A stretch of 64,000 nt of DNA, taken from Octopus vulgaris (Eukaryota). How positions within the stretch are numbered: the stretch's first letter is position 1; each line of letters begins with the position of its first letter. The DNA lies in NCBI GenBank assembly GCA_951406725.2, contig OX597825.1:54622001-54686000 (forward strand), in the 5' to 3' direction. The notes under the pieces were generated by a model, which was given only the letters and a program-made list of their open reading frames with translations, did no database searches and was not told where the DNA came from. The position numbers and the translations under genes are program-made. This document shows, in pieces, positions 15,034-28,100 of the stretch.

Positions 15034-15966
15034 TCAAGAGGAGGGGGCTGTGTTAAGTCCGTGTGGGGTGGTAGTTTGTAGGGTGAAGATGTAGCGTTGC
15101 TCCAAGTGGAGCCTGGAAAGTGGGCGACCATTGTGGGGGGCGAGACCAAACACTGAGATGTCATCTCGGGAATGGCCGGCCGAGCGGAAGTGGCGTGCGA
15201 CGGGAGAAAAAGAGTGTAGGCGAACGTCCCTCAAGTGTTCAGTGAAACGGTCGGACAACCGGCGTCCCGTCTGACCTACATACAGCATCCCGCATAGGTT
15301 GCATTTAATGCAGTAAATAAGGCCAGACGAGGTGCATGTAAAAGAGTGCCTAATGCGTACAGTATGCAGGTTGGAGCCGGTGACAGCGGTGGTGTTGGTG
15401 ATGAAGGGGCAAGTGTTGCAGCGGGATCTAGAGCAAGGGAATGATCCGTGTGGGGCTGAGGGGGAAGGAGAGAGGGTGCTGTGGACCAGGAGGTCACGCA
15501 GATTGCGGGCTCGTTTGAAAGAGGACAGGGGTGGGTTAGGGAAAATGGGGCGGGTGGTGGGATCAAGCTGGAGGCGACGGAAGGCACGTAGTATCTTGCG
15601 ACGAAGGGGTAGGGTAGAGGGTGGAAAAGGAGGGGAAGGGGGTGCGGTTGGGGGGTGGGCGGGGGGAAGGAGACAGGGCGGTAGTGCGGTCGATGCGACG
15701 GGCGCGGGTGAGGGCATCAGAGAGGAGTGTGGGTGGGTAACCTCGGAGTCTGAACATGCGGGCCAGGTATTGAGATTGGGTCTCGAAATCCTGGTCGCGG
15801 CTGCACAAACGTCGGAGGCGGAGGAACTGGGAGTAGGGGATGGCTCGTTTGGTGTGGAAGGGGTGGGAGGAAGAGAAGTTGAGATAGAGGTGGGAATCCG
15901 TAGGTTTAAAGAAGGCGGTGGTGGTGAGAGAGCTGGAGGGGTGATCGATGCGGAGAGAGATGTCAA
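15034..15966 (-). pseudogene. PLE RT C-terminus + GIY-YIG endonuclease (one frameshift near 15620)
   Basis: KPTDSHLYL...AIPYSQFLRLRRLCS in one frame; RARNLRDLLV, CSRSRCNTC, LIYCIKCNLCGMLYVGQTGRRLSDRFTEH, LEQRYI...PHGLN in the other. Confidence 0.9.
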
Positions 15967-15968
15967 GG

Positions 15969-16027
<59 letters not shown>

Positions 16028-16104
16028 AGTTAGTTAGTTAATTTGGCTCAAAAGCAAATAGCAAGGCCATGTGGGGGGACATGGAGTTAAGTACAGGGTG
16101 GTGT

Positions 16105-19056
16105 TCATGTAAAGAGTTCAGGCCACTTGAGGTCCAGGGAGGCTTTGAACGAAGCGGTCGTCGGCATCTTCACCATCTCGTCTGGCAGCTTGTTCCACGG
16201 ATCCGCAACCCGGACGGAGAAAGCTCCTCTCCTTCGATTGAGATGAAATCGTCGCAGATAGAGCTTTTCGGAATGACCCCGCAGCCGACGCTCTGGAGCA
16301 GGAGTGAAGAACAGCTCTTTCGAGAGGTTACACTTTCCGCTTATGATGTTGTGGGCGAGAATGAGATCACCACGGCGGCGGCGTTTTTCAAGAGAATAAA
16401 GGTCGAGCGTCCTCAGCCTTTCTTCGTAGGACAAACTTTTGAGACCATGAACCATGCGGGTAGCCAGCTTCTGGACTCTTTCGAGATGCTGTATGTCTTT
16501 GAGGAGATAAGGAGAAGAGGCTTGAATCCCATACTCCAATATGGGTCTCACCAGCGTGACATAGAGTGGTAGGAATATGGCTGCTGTGAGCATTCCGAAT
16601 GACCGTCGAATCAAGAACAGAATTCCGCGTACTTTGTTGGCAGCATGGACGCACTGGGCCAAAGGCGAAAAGGAGGAATCCACCAAGATACCCAGGTCCT
16701 TTACCTGATCGGTCCTCTCCAGCAGCAGACGACCCGGCTCGAAATCAAGTTGAGTTGCAGGAGTAGAGCCGACAGGCAGATGACAGCACTTTGACACGTT
16801 CAGACACAGGTCCCAATCGTTAGACCACTTCCAAATTTGGTGGAGGCATCGACGAAGATCCTCTATATTACCGCGAGGAGCGACCAGTTTGATATCGTCG
16901 GCAAATAGAAGGGTGTGTTGCGTGAGGTCGTCGGGCAAGTCATTTATGAAGACTAAGAACAACAAGGGCCCAAGCACTGAACCTTGAGGCACGCCACTGC
17001 TCGCACTGAAGACGTCGGACCGCGAACCATTAACTTGGACTTGGAAGGAGCGATCTGAGAGGAAGGCACCAACCCATCGTATAATATCCGGATGGAAACT
17101 ATATGCTTGAAGCTTGACAAGTAATAGGCGGTGGTTTACCGAGTCAAAAGCTTTGGCAAAGTCCAATAAAACGATGTCAACAGCATCACTATCATCGAGG
17201 ATGCGCGTCACCAATTCTTCCATTACTAGTAAGTTGGTCAAGCATGATCTCTTCGGCACGAAGCCGTGTTGGGAATCAGAGATAGAGGCTGTGTTTAGGA
17301 GGTGGAGCATCATACTTTTCTTAAGGATGGTTTCGAACATCTTGCTGATTATTGATGTAAGGGAAACCGGTCGGTAGTTAAGCGGGTCTTCGCGGCTCCC
17401 TTTCTTGAAAATTGGGCAGATTATCGCTGTTCTCCAGTCTGCAAGTATAACACCCGTCGCCAATGACATATTGAATAGTCGTGTTAAGGGCTCGCAGATG
17501 ACCGGAGCCAACGCTTTGATAACCCGTGGGTGTATGCCGTCGGGGCCGTAACCCTTGTTGACATCGAGGCCTTGAATAACACGTTTGACTTCGTCCCGCG
17601 TGATGACCAATCGAAGCATTGGAGGTACCGATCTATCAAATGGAGGGGGTTCACGACCATCATCTTGTTTGAAAATAGTTGAAAATGCCTCGGCAAATAA
17701 TTGACTCTGTTGATAAGGGTCCTCAATCGATACACCTGTTGAGTCTACCAACGTTGCAATCTGGTTGTTCAAGCGGGAATTCCGTTGGACATGGGCAAAG
17801 AAGGTTTTTGGATTGCTACTGGCATTTGCCGCGATTTTGTATTCATAACTGAAGCGTTCTTTCTTTTCAATTTTCACGGCTCGGTCTCTTTGAGTTTTGT
17901 ACACCTCAAAAGCTGCAGTCGAATCCAGATTTTTGAATTCAGCCCAAGCAATATCTCTGAGTCGACGTTCTCGTTTAACCTTCTTCGTCACCCAGGGCTT
18001 GTGTTTCTTCTTCTTGGGAAGCCCAACGGTAACTGCCTGGTCAGTCAAACAGATTACATATGCTTTGAGGGATGACCATAGTTCGTCAACAGAGGACAAC
18101 GTCATCAGGGATCGCCAGTCCAGAAGCGCGGAAGCCTCGGTTAGAATTTCAAGATTAATTGCAGAGAAGACTCTACGTGGCAGCGAAGTAGTCGTGGGCG
18201 TAGAAAAAGTTGTGTGCATGACGAACTTCAGGACCGCATGATCACTCTTGGCAAGAGGGGCGCACACAGATTCGTCTGACACTGATCTTGGATAGCGGGA
18301 GAATACCAGATCTAGCATAGATGGCTGCTGCCCAGACCGATGCCTTGTCGGATATTCAACATGTTGCGATAGAAAACAATCTTCAGCCACGTCAAGAAGG
18401 GCCTGGCCGAAACCGGAAGATGTTGTACAAATTGATGCGGGCCAATCGATCGTGGGAGCGTTGAAGTCTCCTAGTACCAAACAGTCATGCGAAGCTGAAA
18501 CGAATCTTATCGCTTCGAGTAAATGAGCATCGTCCTGGGGGTCGGCAAGAGGCGGCCTGTAGACAGCCAACACGGGCAGGCAAAACTCAGATAGGCTCAG
18601 CTTGCAATAGACGGCATCGAATTTTGTTGTAGGTTGAGCATTAGTGGGTAGAATACCGCTGGACGGTTTGTGCTCAGGCTTAACATACACAGCAACACCT
18701 CCACCTCGCCTTTTTCCTCTGTCACATCTGAAAAGGACGTAGCCCTGCAGGTGGATTTCTGAGTCCTTTACTGCTGGAGTCAGCCAAGTCTCGGTGATAG
18801 CTATCACATCAGGGGAGTCACGTATGGCCAGTGTAAATAGTTCACTGAACTTTGGGAATAAGGAGCACGAGTTGGTGTAGACGATGCTGAGCTGTGAAGT
18901 CTGAGGGGCGGGAGTTGGGGAACAAGCAGAATAAGGGGTATCAGAGATAGCATCGTTGACGGGGGTATCTGCCCTCACATCACTTTCCCTGTCAGCACTA
19001 CAGCATGGGACCAGAGGTAGGACTTGATTATCTGTCCATCTTGGATTCGTAAACAC
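16105..19056 (-). CDS. LINE ORF2 (AP-endonuclease + reverse transcriptase), 983 aa uninterrupted
   Basis: YTN, ITETWL, GDFNAP, LDLVF, SDH (APE); YRPVSLTS, QHGF, LLDFAKAFD, GVPQGSVLGP, FADD (RT); CR1-type C-terminus RGHSEKL...WNKLP. Confidence 0.92.
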   Translation of the reverse strand: MFTNPRWTDNQVLPLVPCCSADRESDVRADTPVNDAISDTPYSACSPTPAPQTSQLSIVYTNSCSLFPKFSELFTLAIRDSPDVIAITETWLTPAVKDSEIHLQGYVLFRCDRGKRRGGGVAVYVKPEHKPSSGILPTNAQPTTKFDAVYCKLSLSEFCLPVLAVYRPPLADPQDDAHLLEAIRFVSASHDCLVLGDFNAPTIDWPASICTTSSGFGQALLDVAEDCFLSQHVEYPTRHRSGQQPSMLDLVFSRYPRSVSDESVCAPLAKSDHAVLKFVMHTTFSTPTTTSLPRRVFSAINLEILTEASALLDWRSLMTLSSVDELWSSLKAYVICLTDQAVTVGLPKKKKHKPWVTKKVKRERRLRDIAWAEFKNLDSTAAFEVYKTQRDRAVKIEKKERFSYEYKIAANASSNPKTFFAHVQRNSRLNNQIATLVDSTGVSIEDPYQQSQLFAEAFSTIFKQDDGREPPPFDRSVPPMLRLVITRDEVKRVIQGLDVNKGYGPDGIHPRVIKALAPVICEPLTRLFNMSLATGVILADWRTAIICPIFKKGSREDPLNYRPVSLTSIISKMFETILKKSMMLHLLNTASISDSQHGFVPKRSCLTNLLVMEELVTRILDDSDAVDIVLLDFAKAFDSVNHRLLLVKLQAYSFHPDIIRWVGAFLSDRSFQVQVNGSRSDVFSASSGVPQGSVLGPLLFLVFINDLPDDLTQHTLLFADDIKLVAPRGNIEDLRRCLHQIWKWSNDWDLCLNVSKCCHLPVGSTPATQLDFEPGRLLLERTDQVKDLGILVDSSFSPLAQCVHAANKVRGILFLIRRSFGMLTAAIFLPLYVTLVRPILEYGIQASSPYLLKDIQHLERVQKLATRMVHGLKSLSYEERLRTLDLYSLEKRRRRGDLILAHNIISGKCNLSKELFFTPAPERRLRGHSEKLYLRRFHLNRRRGAFSVRVADPWNKLPDEMVKMPTTASFKASLDLKWPELFT

Positions 19057-19088
19057 TTCTCTCCCATTTGTTTCCTCATCTTTAGTTC
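18975..19088 (-). pseudogene. C-terminal remnant of LINE ORF1
   Basis: [37 protein letters not shown], resembling the ELK.R...GE..L.I..G.I ends of CR1/L2 ORF1; overlaps the ORF2 frame. Confidence 0.6.
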
Positions 19089-19128
19089 GGATATATGTAT
19101 GTATATGTGTATGTCTGTGTGTGTATCT

Positions 19129-19178
<50 letters not shown>

Positions 19179-19415
19179 ATAGATATATATATATACATAC
19201 ATATACACAAACATATATTTACATATATACAAACATATACATATACATACATATATCTATATACGTACACATATATGTATATATATTTATACATATATAT
19301 GTATATGTGTGTGTGTCTGTACTTATATCTATGCATAATTATGTGTGTATGTAGGTATGTATGTATATATATATGTATATATATATGTATTTATATGTAT
19401 GTATAGATACATATG

Positions 19416-19480
<65 letters not shown>

Positions 19481-19753
19481 GTTGCTGATCGTCTGTGGCA
19501 ACTTAGCATCTTGAAGCAGAGAAATCTATAAATAACAGCGAATAAATATTGAGTTAAAAAGCCTTTCAAAAGCAAATGTCAAAGCTCCCGTCTTTTTCTA
19601 TCCGAAGGGTTTCTCAATTCAATATTCACACTCTATTGTTTATAGCTTTATCTGCTTTGAGATACATCGTTCCAAAAAAAGAATTATTTTAGATTATTCT
19701 CTCGAAGTTTCTAACATTTTTATGACATCAACAATACATATATATATATATAG

Positions 19754-19810
<57 letters not shown>

Positions 19811-19939
19811 GCAAATAAGAAAATGGAGAGAATACAAAACGACATACATCAGCGGGTAAACAATTCCGTGTGTCTATTTGTTACAAAGCATTGGAAATTA
19901 TTAGAAGAAAACATACACATGACGTAAGTATGTGTTACA

Positions 19940-20140
19940 CACACATATATTAATATTACAGAAAAGAGCAAAAGATCAGTTCCTTACGGCCGTTTCTGCC
20001 AAGAGGCAACGAAATCCCCCATGCCATCTCCATCTCTTCAGTGTTCTGTAGAGACGGGCAGATAAAGTTTGGATGAGGGGTGTGCGTCTAGGCTTCTTCA
20101 TAGGGTCTTATCCCTTAGTTGGTTGATTTACTAACCTCTA
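19940..20140 (-). mobile_element. PLE 3'-terminal fragment with a degenerate hammerhead-like motif
   Basis: Minus strand CTGAAGA...TGCC(TCTT)GGCA-GAAAC-GGCC-GTA at 19985-20041, preceded by LIQTL-like GIY-YIG tail residues; lies between TA/TG tracts. Confidence 0.5.
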
Positions 20141-20150
20141 ACTCTCACAG

Positions 20151-20188
<38 letters not shown>

Positions 20189-20204
20189 ACACACGTATAT
20201 ATGT

Positions 20205-20447
20205 ATGTCATTATTCAGCTTTATTTCAAGATTTCTTGCCTGTAGAGAAGGAATCGGTTTCTAACCAAGATCGAAGGCTCCTTCATTGGAATTCAAACAT
20301 CAACAACAGGGTATTTTTGTATCTATAAATACGTGCAGTTTTGTATGTTTTGTTTCATGTGTTTCCTCGTGCTTATACTTGCATATCTAGAGACGCTCAT
20401 ATATACTTAAATGATATACTTATGGAACGTTTTACAGATTTTACAGT
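20205..20447 (-). mobile_element. Interspersed repeat, probable PLE terminus (second copy at 51775-52020)
   Basis: Clear similarity ttattcag...gatttcttgcc...ggtttctaacc.agatc.aaggctc...ttttacagt in both copies. Confidence 0.6.
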
Positions 20448-21065
20448 ACGTACGTATGTATGTATGTATGTATGCATGTAAGTATATCATGAAAGGCAGT
20501 TCTCCAAATTTCTGTGGAGTGATGTACAATCCAGAACCACGTGTTTGCGATTGTAACCACACAACCGATTGTTGTGTCCATTCAGTTCTTCTATTCTGTT
20601 ATCGATTCCAGAAAGATGAAAGATGAAAGGATGTAGTGATCCTTCAAGATTCAATAAATAACGTATCATTCAAGTAACAAATCCCATTCTTCACACTCTT
20701 TCCTCTCCCCTCTCTTTCACCCTCTTTCTCTCTCCCTCCCAGACATGGCCACATGAGAAGTTCGTATGCTACCGTTTGTAGTGTTTGTTTCCTCCAAAGA
20801 AATGGAGGTGGATTTTGTGACGGACTAGGTAGTTTGCATTTGACATGATACAAATAACATCCTAATAAGGTATAGAAGTACACGCACACACACAAACACA
20901 CACGCACACACACATTCACAAGCACGCACACGATGGTCGTTTGGTGTCACCTGTCGTGTTTGTTTCCAAAGCAATGGCGTTGTCTTAGTGATGGTCTGGC
21001 TACTTCTCATTCAACATGATACAAATCACGTCCATATAAACCAGATATACATATATATATATATA

Positions 21066-21509
<444 letters not shown>

Positions 21510-21562
21510 GTTTATATATTTGTTGTGCAAGATTTTTTATGTGAAGTCGTGTGTTGAAACAG

Positions 21563-22055
21563 ATATTGTTATGTTTCGGAATGGTCATTTTGCCAGTTTA
21601 GCCAATAAAAACACATGCACTATATATTTGGTGCTATTTTACTTCAGTGTTATTTATTACAAGCATATGTAATGATAATAATAAGTGGATGTAAACAAAT
21701 GAACAAATTAAGAATAAACAAAAACAAATTACATGAACGTATATAAATAGAAGATACAAATATTACAGGCATCTCCCACACACACATACACTAAATAAAC
21801 ATAGACGCACATAGAGATATAAGCATGCGCAAATGAAGACATACAATAAAAATACAAAATGGCTGACGGTTAGTAAGGAGAGACACAAATAAGAAAGAAG
21901 AAAACAAATGACCACTGATGCGGTCACAGGAGTGTGACGAAAGAACTCTTGCCGAAATAAGATTAAGATTAATGTAAAAAATAACACCAAATATATAGTG
22001 CGTTTGTTTTTATTGGCTAAACTGGCAAAATGACCATTCCGAAATATAACAATAT
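21563..22055. repeat. Fold-back element with ~78-bp inverted arms and an internal hammerhead-like motif
   Basis: Arms 21563-21640 and 21978-22055; CTGATGC-G-GTCACA(GGAG)TGTGAC-GAAAG-AA-CTC at 21915-21948. Confidence 0.8.
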
Positions 22056-22811
22056 ATATATATATTGAAAGTGCGGTGGGTGTTTAGGAGACAAATTGGT
22101 GCGGAAAGAAAATGGTGGTTCTTTTTGAGATTGGAAGGCGGCAGTGAGGGATCGATGAGGGCGGTTGAAGAACCAGTGCGCGTGAAGGAGGCCGTGAGTA
22201 TTGTCGTGATAGTGGGTTTGGTGATGCGTGTAAATGAGATGGCCGATGTTGACGGGTCAATGTGTGCTGAGGATTTGTTTGGGCGTGGAAGGGATGGTAA
22301 GTGTTGAGGGGGCGATTATAATTGAAGAGCCGATGGTGTGGAGAGTAAGCAACCGATGAATGCTTCATGGGTTGATGGAATTCAGGAAGCAGATGGCTGC
22401 TGCTGGAATTGGTGGCGGTGAGGAGACGGTTGTGAGTCAGAGAGGTCAATGGGAGTTGAGGAGTTGATAATTGTTTAGGGATAAAGAAGTGTTGAAGGAC
22501 CAGCGGTGACTAAGTGGTCAATATGTGTTAAAGGGCAAATAGGTGAAGCCGGGTTGGAGGATGTTAAGGGTTAGGGTTAGTATGGAGAGTGTTATAGTTG
22601 TTGTGAGGGCGAAGGGTATTAAGATTCCGGAGGGTACAAAGGAGTTGATGTACCACAAAGAAACATGAAAAAAGATTCCTCTCAGTTTAGCAATAAATAG
22701 CATACTGACGATAGAATCCTTATATTTGTTTATTTTAAAACTGTAAATGTATTGTTTTATTTACTTAGTATTTATATAATTCTATTTTAGTATATCTGTT
22801 TTCTTGGCCAG

Positions 22812-23016
22812 GTGGTATGGACCAATCCAGATTCAACAATCGTATCTTTGCAAATTCAGCGTATAATTGACGACGTTAGAATCAGTGTGGAACGACCATA
22901 TATCAAAGATTGGCACCTCCATATAAGGAATGTACGGGTGAGTGACAGTGGGGAGTACACGTGTCAAATCAATACAACACCAGTGAAAATGAAGATTATT
23001 AATTTAAAAGTTGTTG
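22812..23016 (+). CDS. Exon of a lachesin/DIP/IgLON-like Ig-domain cell-adhesion gene (second half of a V-type Ig domain)
   Basis: Pyrimidine tract + cag|GTG; VVWTNPDSTIVSLQIQRIIDDVRISVERPYIKDWHLHIRNVRVSDSGEYTCQINTTPVKMKIINLKVV; D.G.Y.C motif; donor G|gtaagt (phase 1). Confidence 0.92.
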
Positions 23017-23265
23017 GTAAGTAGTTTGTTACTTGTTCCAAATATTTGTCAGCTTGCACTCGCAAAATCTGCTCCACTTATATCTGACATTAAAAATCAT
23101 TTTAGAAGAGTGTAGATTATGAATGTACTAGGAGAACACAGCACGTATATCAAAGAGGAAAACTTTTTATAATGTTCTTGCAGTATCCTCATAATCTGAT
23201 CAGTTTGAATTATGTATTATGCATAGAGATAAACTAAATGTTTATTGTTAATTGTTGAGACTGTA

Positions 23266-24788
23266 CAAGGGTCGATTGAAAATTTTATAGGCTGACCCAG
23301 ATACTCTCACGGAATATGATCAAATGAGGTTTTATTTTTCAAGATAGACTCCCTTGTGGTCCTCACACTTCGTCCATAGGCGTTGCTGCTATTAATAAGA
23401 AAAGTTGAAATTAATACATGCAAGATTTCATAGCTCAAGCATCACGCCTTCATAGTCAGCCTAATTATTTTTCAGCCCACTCTCGTAACTGCATTCTTTT
23501 TTTCCAGGTAAACTGACATCTGACAGTTCAAAGAAGACTTCACAAGTAATTAGTTGTGACTTTTCTTGAATATGGACAAATTTTGGCAACGTGGTGTTAG
23601 CAAGTACCTGCAGAAAAACGGTTTAGCTCCAAACGACATTCATGCTGATATGGTTGATACATTAGAGAAGGGGTTTCCAAAGTGGTCGATGGGACTATTC
23701 AAGGGGGTCAATAAATGTACATCTACTTATTATAATTATTATTTATTTATTTTCTTGTACATGCCTGAGGTGGGTTCTAGGATTCCATTAAGGAGTCGAT
23801 ACTCTAAAAAGTTTGGGGACCCCTGCGTTAAGAGATGACGTTCCAGTTTTGTCAACAGTGCAAAACTGGGAAGCTGAATTTAGAAGGGGGAGGGAGAGTT
23901 TTGGATGTCCTGCAACTGCCACCACCGACGAAGACATCAATAGTGTCCACCACATGGTAACGGATGAGAGGCGATTGACTATAAATCAGATAGCCAATGC
24001 TGTTAGCACATTCCATGAGAGAGTTGATAATATTCTGCATGACGAAGGTTTCCGTTTGCGGGTTGCCACATGATCAACAGCGGACAAGGCTGATCTTATC
24101 ACAGGAAAATCTGACATTGATTCAGGCAGATCCAGCTGGTTTCCTTAAGCGTTTTCTCATCCACGATGAGTTGGGTTCACCACCTATCCAGGATGAGTTA
24201 GGGTCATCATATTGAACCAGAGACAAAGTGGTAATCCATACAGTAGAAACACCTCTCCTCACCTATACCAAAAAAGGTGGTTTAATCTGCAAGGAAAATG
24301 GTAGCCTCAGTTTTTTGGATGCAAAAGGTATTTATTTACTATCTTCAAAAGAGCTACACCATCAATGCAGAATATTATGCCGACTTGCTGAAACCGTTAC
24401 CAAAGGCTATCAAGATCAACCAGTAAAGAACACTTGTTTCATCAGTACAATGCTCTAGGACATAAGTCTTTACTTTCAATGGCTGCTGTGCGTGACTTGG
24501 GCCTTGAACTGGTTCATCACCTCCCATATTCTCCTGATTAGGCGCTATCTGTTCACTCAGCATGAAAAGCCTCTTAGTTGGGAACCAGTATGATGACGTC
24601 ATATATAATAAAGACGACCATTTTAGCCAACAACATGAAAGCTTTTTCTGCAATGGGATCCAGGCACTGCAGCCCCAATGGAAGAAGTATGTGGACTGCA
24701 AGGAGGACTATGCTGAAAAGTAGACCTAACTTGGTCGCATTACATGAGAGTGTTTTGGTCAGCCTATGAACATTTCAGTCGACCGTCG
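23266..24788 (+). mobile_element. Old mariner transposon of a different family
   Basis: Imperfect TIRs caagggtcgattgaaaattttataggctgacc / ggtcagcctatgaacatttcagtcgaccgtcg with TA flanks; STVQNWEAEFRRGRES, HPPYSPD motifs. Confidence 0.85.
23668..23825. mobile_element. hAT-like MITE inserted in the mariner
   Basis: TIR-like aaggggtttccaaa / tttggggacccctg; degenerate 8-bp flanks cattagag/cgttaaga; mariner reading resumes after it. Confidence 0.6.
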
Positions 24789-25017
24789 TACACTCCACCC
24801 ACACACACAAACACATTTAACACACCTAGAGATAGATATTGATATAGATAGATATCTACATGTGTGTGTATGTGTGTGTGTGTGTATGTGTGTGTGCGGG
24901 CGTGCGTGAAACGATGATCTTAATAAATCCCAATGTGTTTCCAGTATGCAATCTCCTGATCAATAAATTTAAATTTACGGAAATACTTACATAGATATAT
25001 ATGTATGTTTATGTATG

Positions 25018-25076
<59 letters not shown>

Positions 25077-25142
25077 ATGGATATACATACATATATAAAT
25101 AAACATGAATGTATGTATGTATGTATGTATGTATGCATATGC

Positions 25143-28100
25143 TGTGTAGAGAAAGTGTACACTCCTGGTAAAAAAAACAACATTATAAATAGGCTAGTAG
25201 CCGGTCACATGATGGCTCGAGATTCGAAGAGTTGATAGTCGTCAGTTCTAATCGGTGTCTTGTGGTGCTACCAGCAATAGTAAGACAGAAGTTAGTACAT
25301 TACTATTCCGGTACGAAGAGATGCAACAGTATTCGATGACTGGTAACTATTGTGGCTACTAGCGTAAAACAGCAACTACAGTACAATGGCAGTCACACAT
25401 CACACCAGTGAGAGGAACCCACTTTACAACAGTGGCGACGAGGAAAAACAAATTTACGCGGAGTGCAAAAAAATTCACACGGACATTTTAAATTAATTCA
25501 CCTGGCAAATCAAATAACTCGACAAAAAAGAAACAAAAATCTTGTACAAACTTACGAAAATCGTAAAATATGGAAGACTTGTTAGCTGGGGTAGTTGACT
25601 TGCAAAAGTAGCAACAGTAACAATTCAGGAACCAAGAACAAGGATTGCAGCAATAAATGTTATAACTAATGAAGTTGACAACCGAACTGGATATCACATT
25701 TTCGCTTGACCATGTAGCAAATTCCATAGGCGAATTCAAAGGTGATCCCAAGGAAGGATTAACCTTCGAGGCTTACTTACGAAGATTTCAACAAATGTTT
25801 AAAAAAGAATGTCATGATTGGACGGACGAAATGAAAACGAGTCTAGCTTTAAGAAAACTAGTGACAGCACAGCATCGGAAGTATAGTAACTTCATATTGC
25901 CGAAAAAAAGCGTCCGACATAAATTTCACCCCACACAGTTGATATTTTGTGCAAAATGTTTAGTGAAAAGAGCTCACTGCTTAATACTAGATGGAAATGT
26001 TTAAACATAGAAAAGATCGAAGATGAAGACTTCACTACTTACACAGGCAGTCAACAAACAATGTGAGAGATTTAGGATGGATATGTTTAATTCACATACT
26101 TTCAAGTGTTTGATTTTTGCACTAGGATTGACAGATAAAAGGGATGGAGAATTCCGAACGATAATTCTATCAAAATTGGAAATTAACCAGGATTTGACAT
26201 TGCAAAAATTGTCGGAAGAGTGTGACATGATATTAAAATTAAGGTATGAAACGGAAGGAATTCAACGGAAAGAGTGTTTTTACATAATACCAGTGTAAGG
26301 ATGTCGGAAGAAAAATAGTGTTGCAGGAAGATATATATCAGGATGTAGACCCATGCTTGGAATGTGGTTGGATGCACCCGAAAAAAGATTGTCCGTATAA
26401 AAATGCATAATGTTTTCGCTGCAGGTTCACGGTTGATATAAAATCTCAATGCAAAAATAGAATGATAGGTAAATGGAACAAACAAGAAAAAATAAATAGT
26501 TTGTCAGCAGGAAAAGTTGTGACTACAACAAACAGAAAATTCGTGTGACATCACAATCATAAATGAGAAACATGGGAACAAATAGGTAAACCAAAATTAT
26601 GTAGTCCAAACAAAGTAGCGTATGGTGTTACGGGAAGAAAATTATATTTCACATGCAAATGCGATTGTAATATGAAGTTCAAAGGTCGAACCAAAAAAGT
26701 GAATTTTTATATGTTGAAAGAATCCATGAATTCATTTGGCACTGAATGTATGTACAAATTTAATTAATGGGACACACCTACGAGGGGCGTTCAATAAGTA
26801 ATGCCCCTGACCCACTTCCCATAGCAGTAGAGCAACGAAACTTGGCACAGGTATTAGTCTTTTTCAGCATAGGAACAACCCAGAGTTACGCATTTCTCCC
26901 ATCGTTTGATACAGCTCTGGAGACCGTTTTTGTAGAAGAACCCAGCTTGGTCCTCCAACCACGACGTGACTTCAGAAATCAAGGCTGCGTCATCTGGGAA
27001 ACGCTTTCCTTTCAAAATCAACTTCATGGCTGGGAAGAGGTGAAAATCAGAGGGTGCAAGGTCGGGAAAGTAGGGGGGATGGGGAGGAGTTAATAGCCAT
27101 ACGCCTGTGCTTCTGATCTGGCGACAAGCGAGTTGTGGACCGGAGCGTTGTCCTGCAGGAGGAGGATGCCTTTGCTGATCTTGCCCCGCCTCTTGGTTTT
27201 GATAGCTTCTCTTAATTTCCTCAAAAGTGAAGCATGATAGACTCCTGTAATTGTGGTACCCTTTGCCAGGAAATCTGTCATAACTACTCCGTCCTGGTCC
27301 CAGAAGACTGTGAGCATGACCTTGCCAGCGGAGGGCTGCACCCTTGCCTTCTTTGGAGGAGGTGATTCATGGTGCTTCCACTGCATTGACTGGGCTTTGG
27401 TCTCTGGATCATGGTGAATGACCCAGGTCTCATCCTGTGTAATCAGTCTTTTGAAAAATTTTGACTTATCTTCTTGGCACATCCCTAAATTCATCCTCGA
27501 ACACTCGACGCGTTCTTGCTTCAGGAAAAGTGTGAGCAGCCTGGGAATCCCTCTGGCAGACACCTTTTGCATATGCAAATGGTCATGAATGATAGTTTCC
27601 ACAGACCCGGTACTAATCTTGACCTCATGGGCTATTTGGCGAATAGTTATGCGTCGATCTTCCAAAATGGCAGCCTCAACTTGACGGACAGATGCCTCAT
27701 CAATGGCAGAAGGGGTGCGACCAGATCTGGGAGCTGTTTCCACAGAGTTCCGACCATGTTTGAATTCACGACGCCAGCGTTTTACAAGGTCATATGATGG
27801 GGCATCATCACCATAAGTTATTTTCATTTCATCAAAAGTATCCTGTGGTGTGCGTCATTTCAAATACAAAAACCGGATCACTTCTCGACACTCAACAGGC
27901 TCCATTTCCCACTTGACTCATTTCAAACACATGTAAATCAGAAACCACTATTAGTTCAGAGCTGTAATTTGCCACTTAATGTATAGAGATATAAATAATT
28001 ACACATGCAAAATCTCAGCTAGATTAATCAACGGCAAGTGGGTCAGAGGCATTACTTATTGAACGCCCCTCGTATAAGCGTTTTGTGCAATAATGTAAAC

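Larger units (their letters stand above)
12082..15970 (-). mobile_element. 5'-truncated Penelope-like element (Neptune-like) with a long CA-rich 3' region and terminal repeat
   Basis: RT-thumb plus GIY-YIG ORF, then about 2.6 kb of CA-rich sequence, then a terminus homologous to 60905-61120 with a hammerhead-like motif; both ends abut (TA)n. Confidence 0.85.
16025..19090 (-). mobile_element. CR1-group LINE, 5'-truncated within ORF1, (TAAC)n tail
   Basis: APE+RT ORF2, short 3' UTR ending ccaaattaactaactaactaac, ORF1 C-terminal remnant. Confidence 0.93.

Noticed and set aside
15332-18241. Plus-strand ORFs opposite the PLE and LINE ORFs
   Set aside because: Antisense shadows of GC-rich coding sequence
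22065-22680. Purine-rich stretch with short ORFs
   Set aside because: Probably a decayed minus-strand retroelement, but no motif could be recognised
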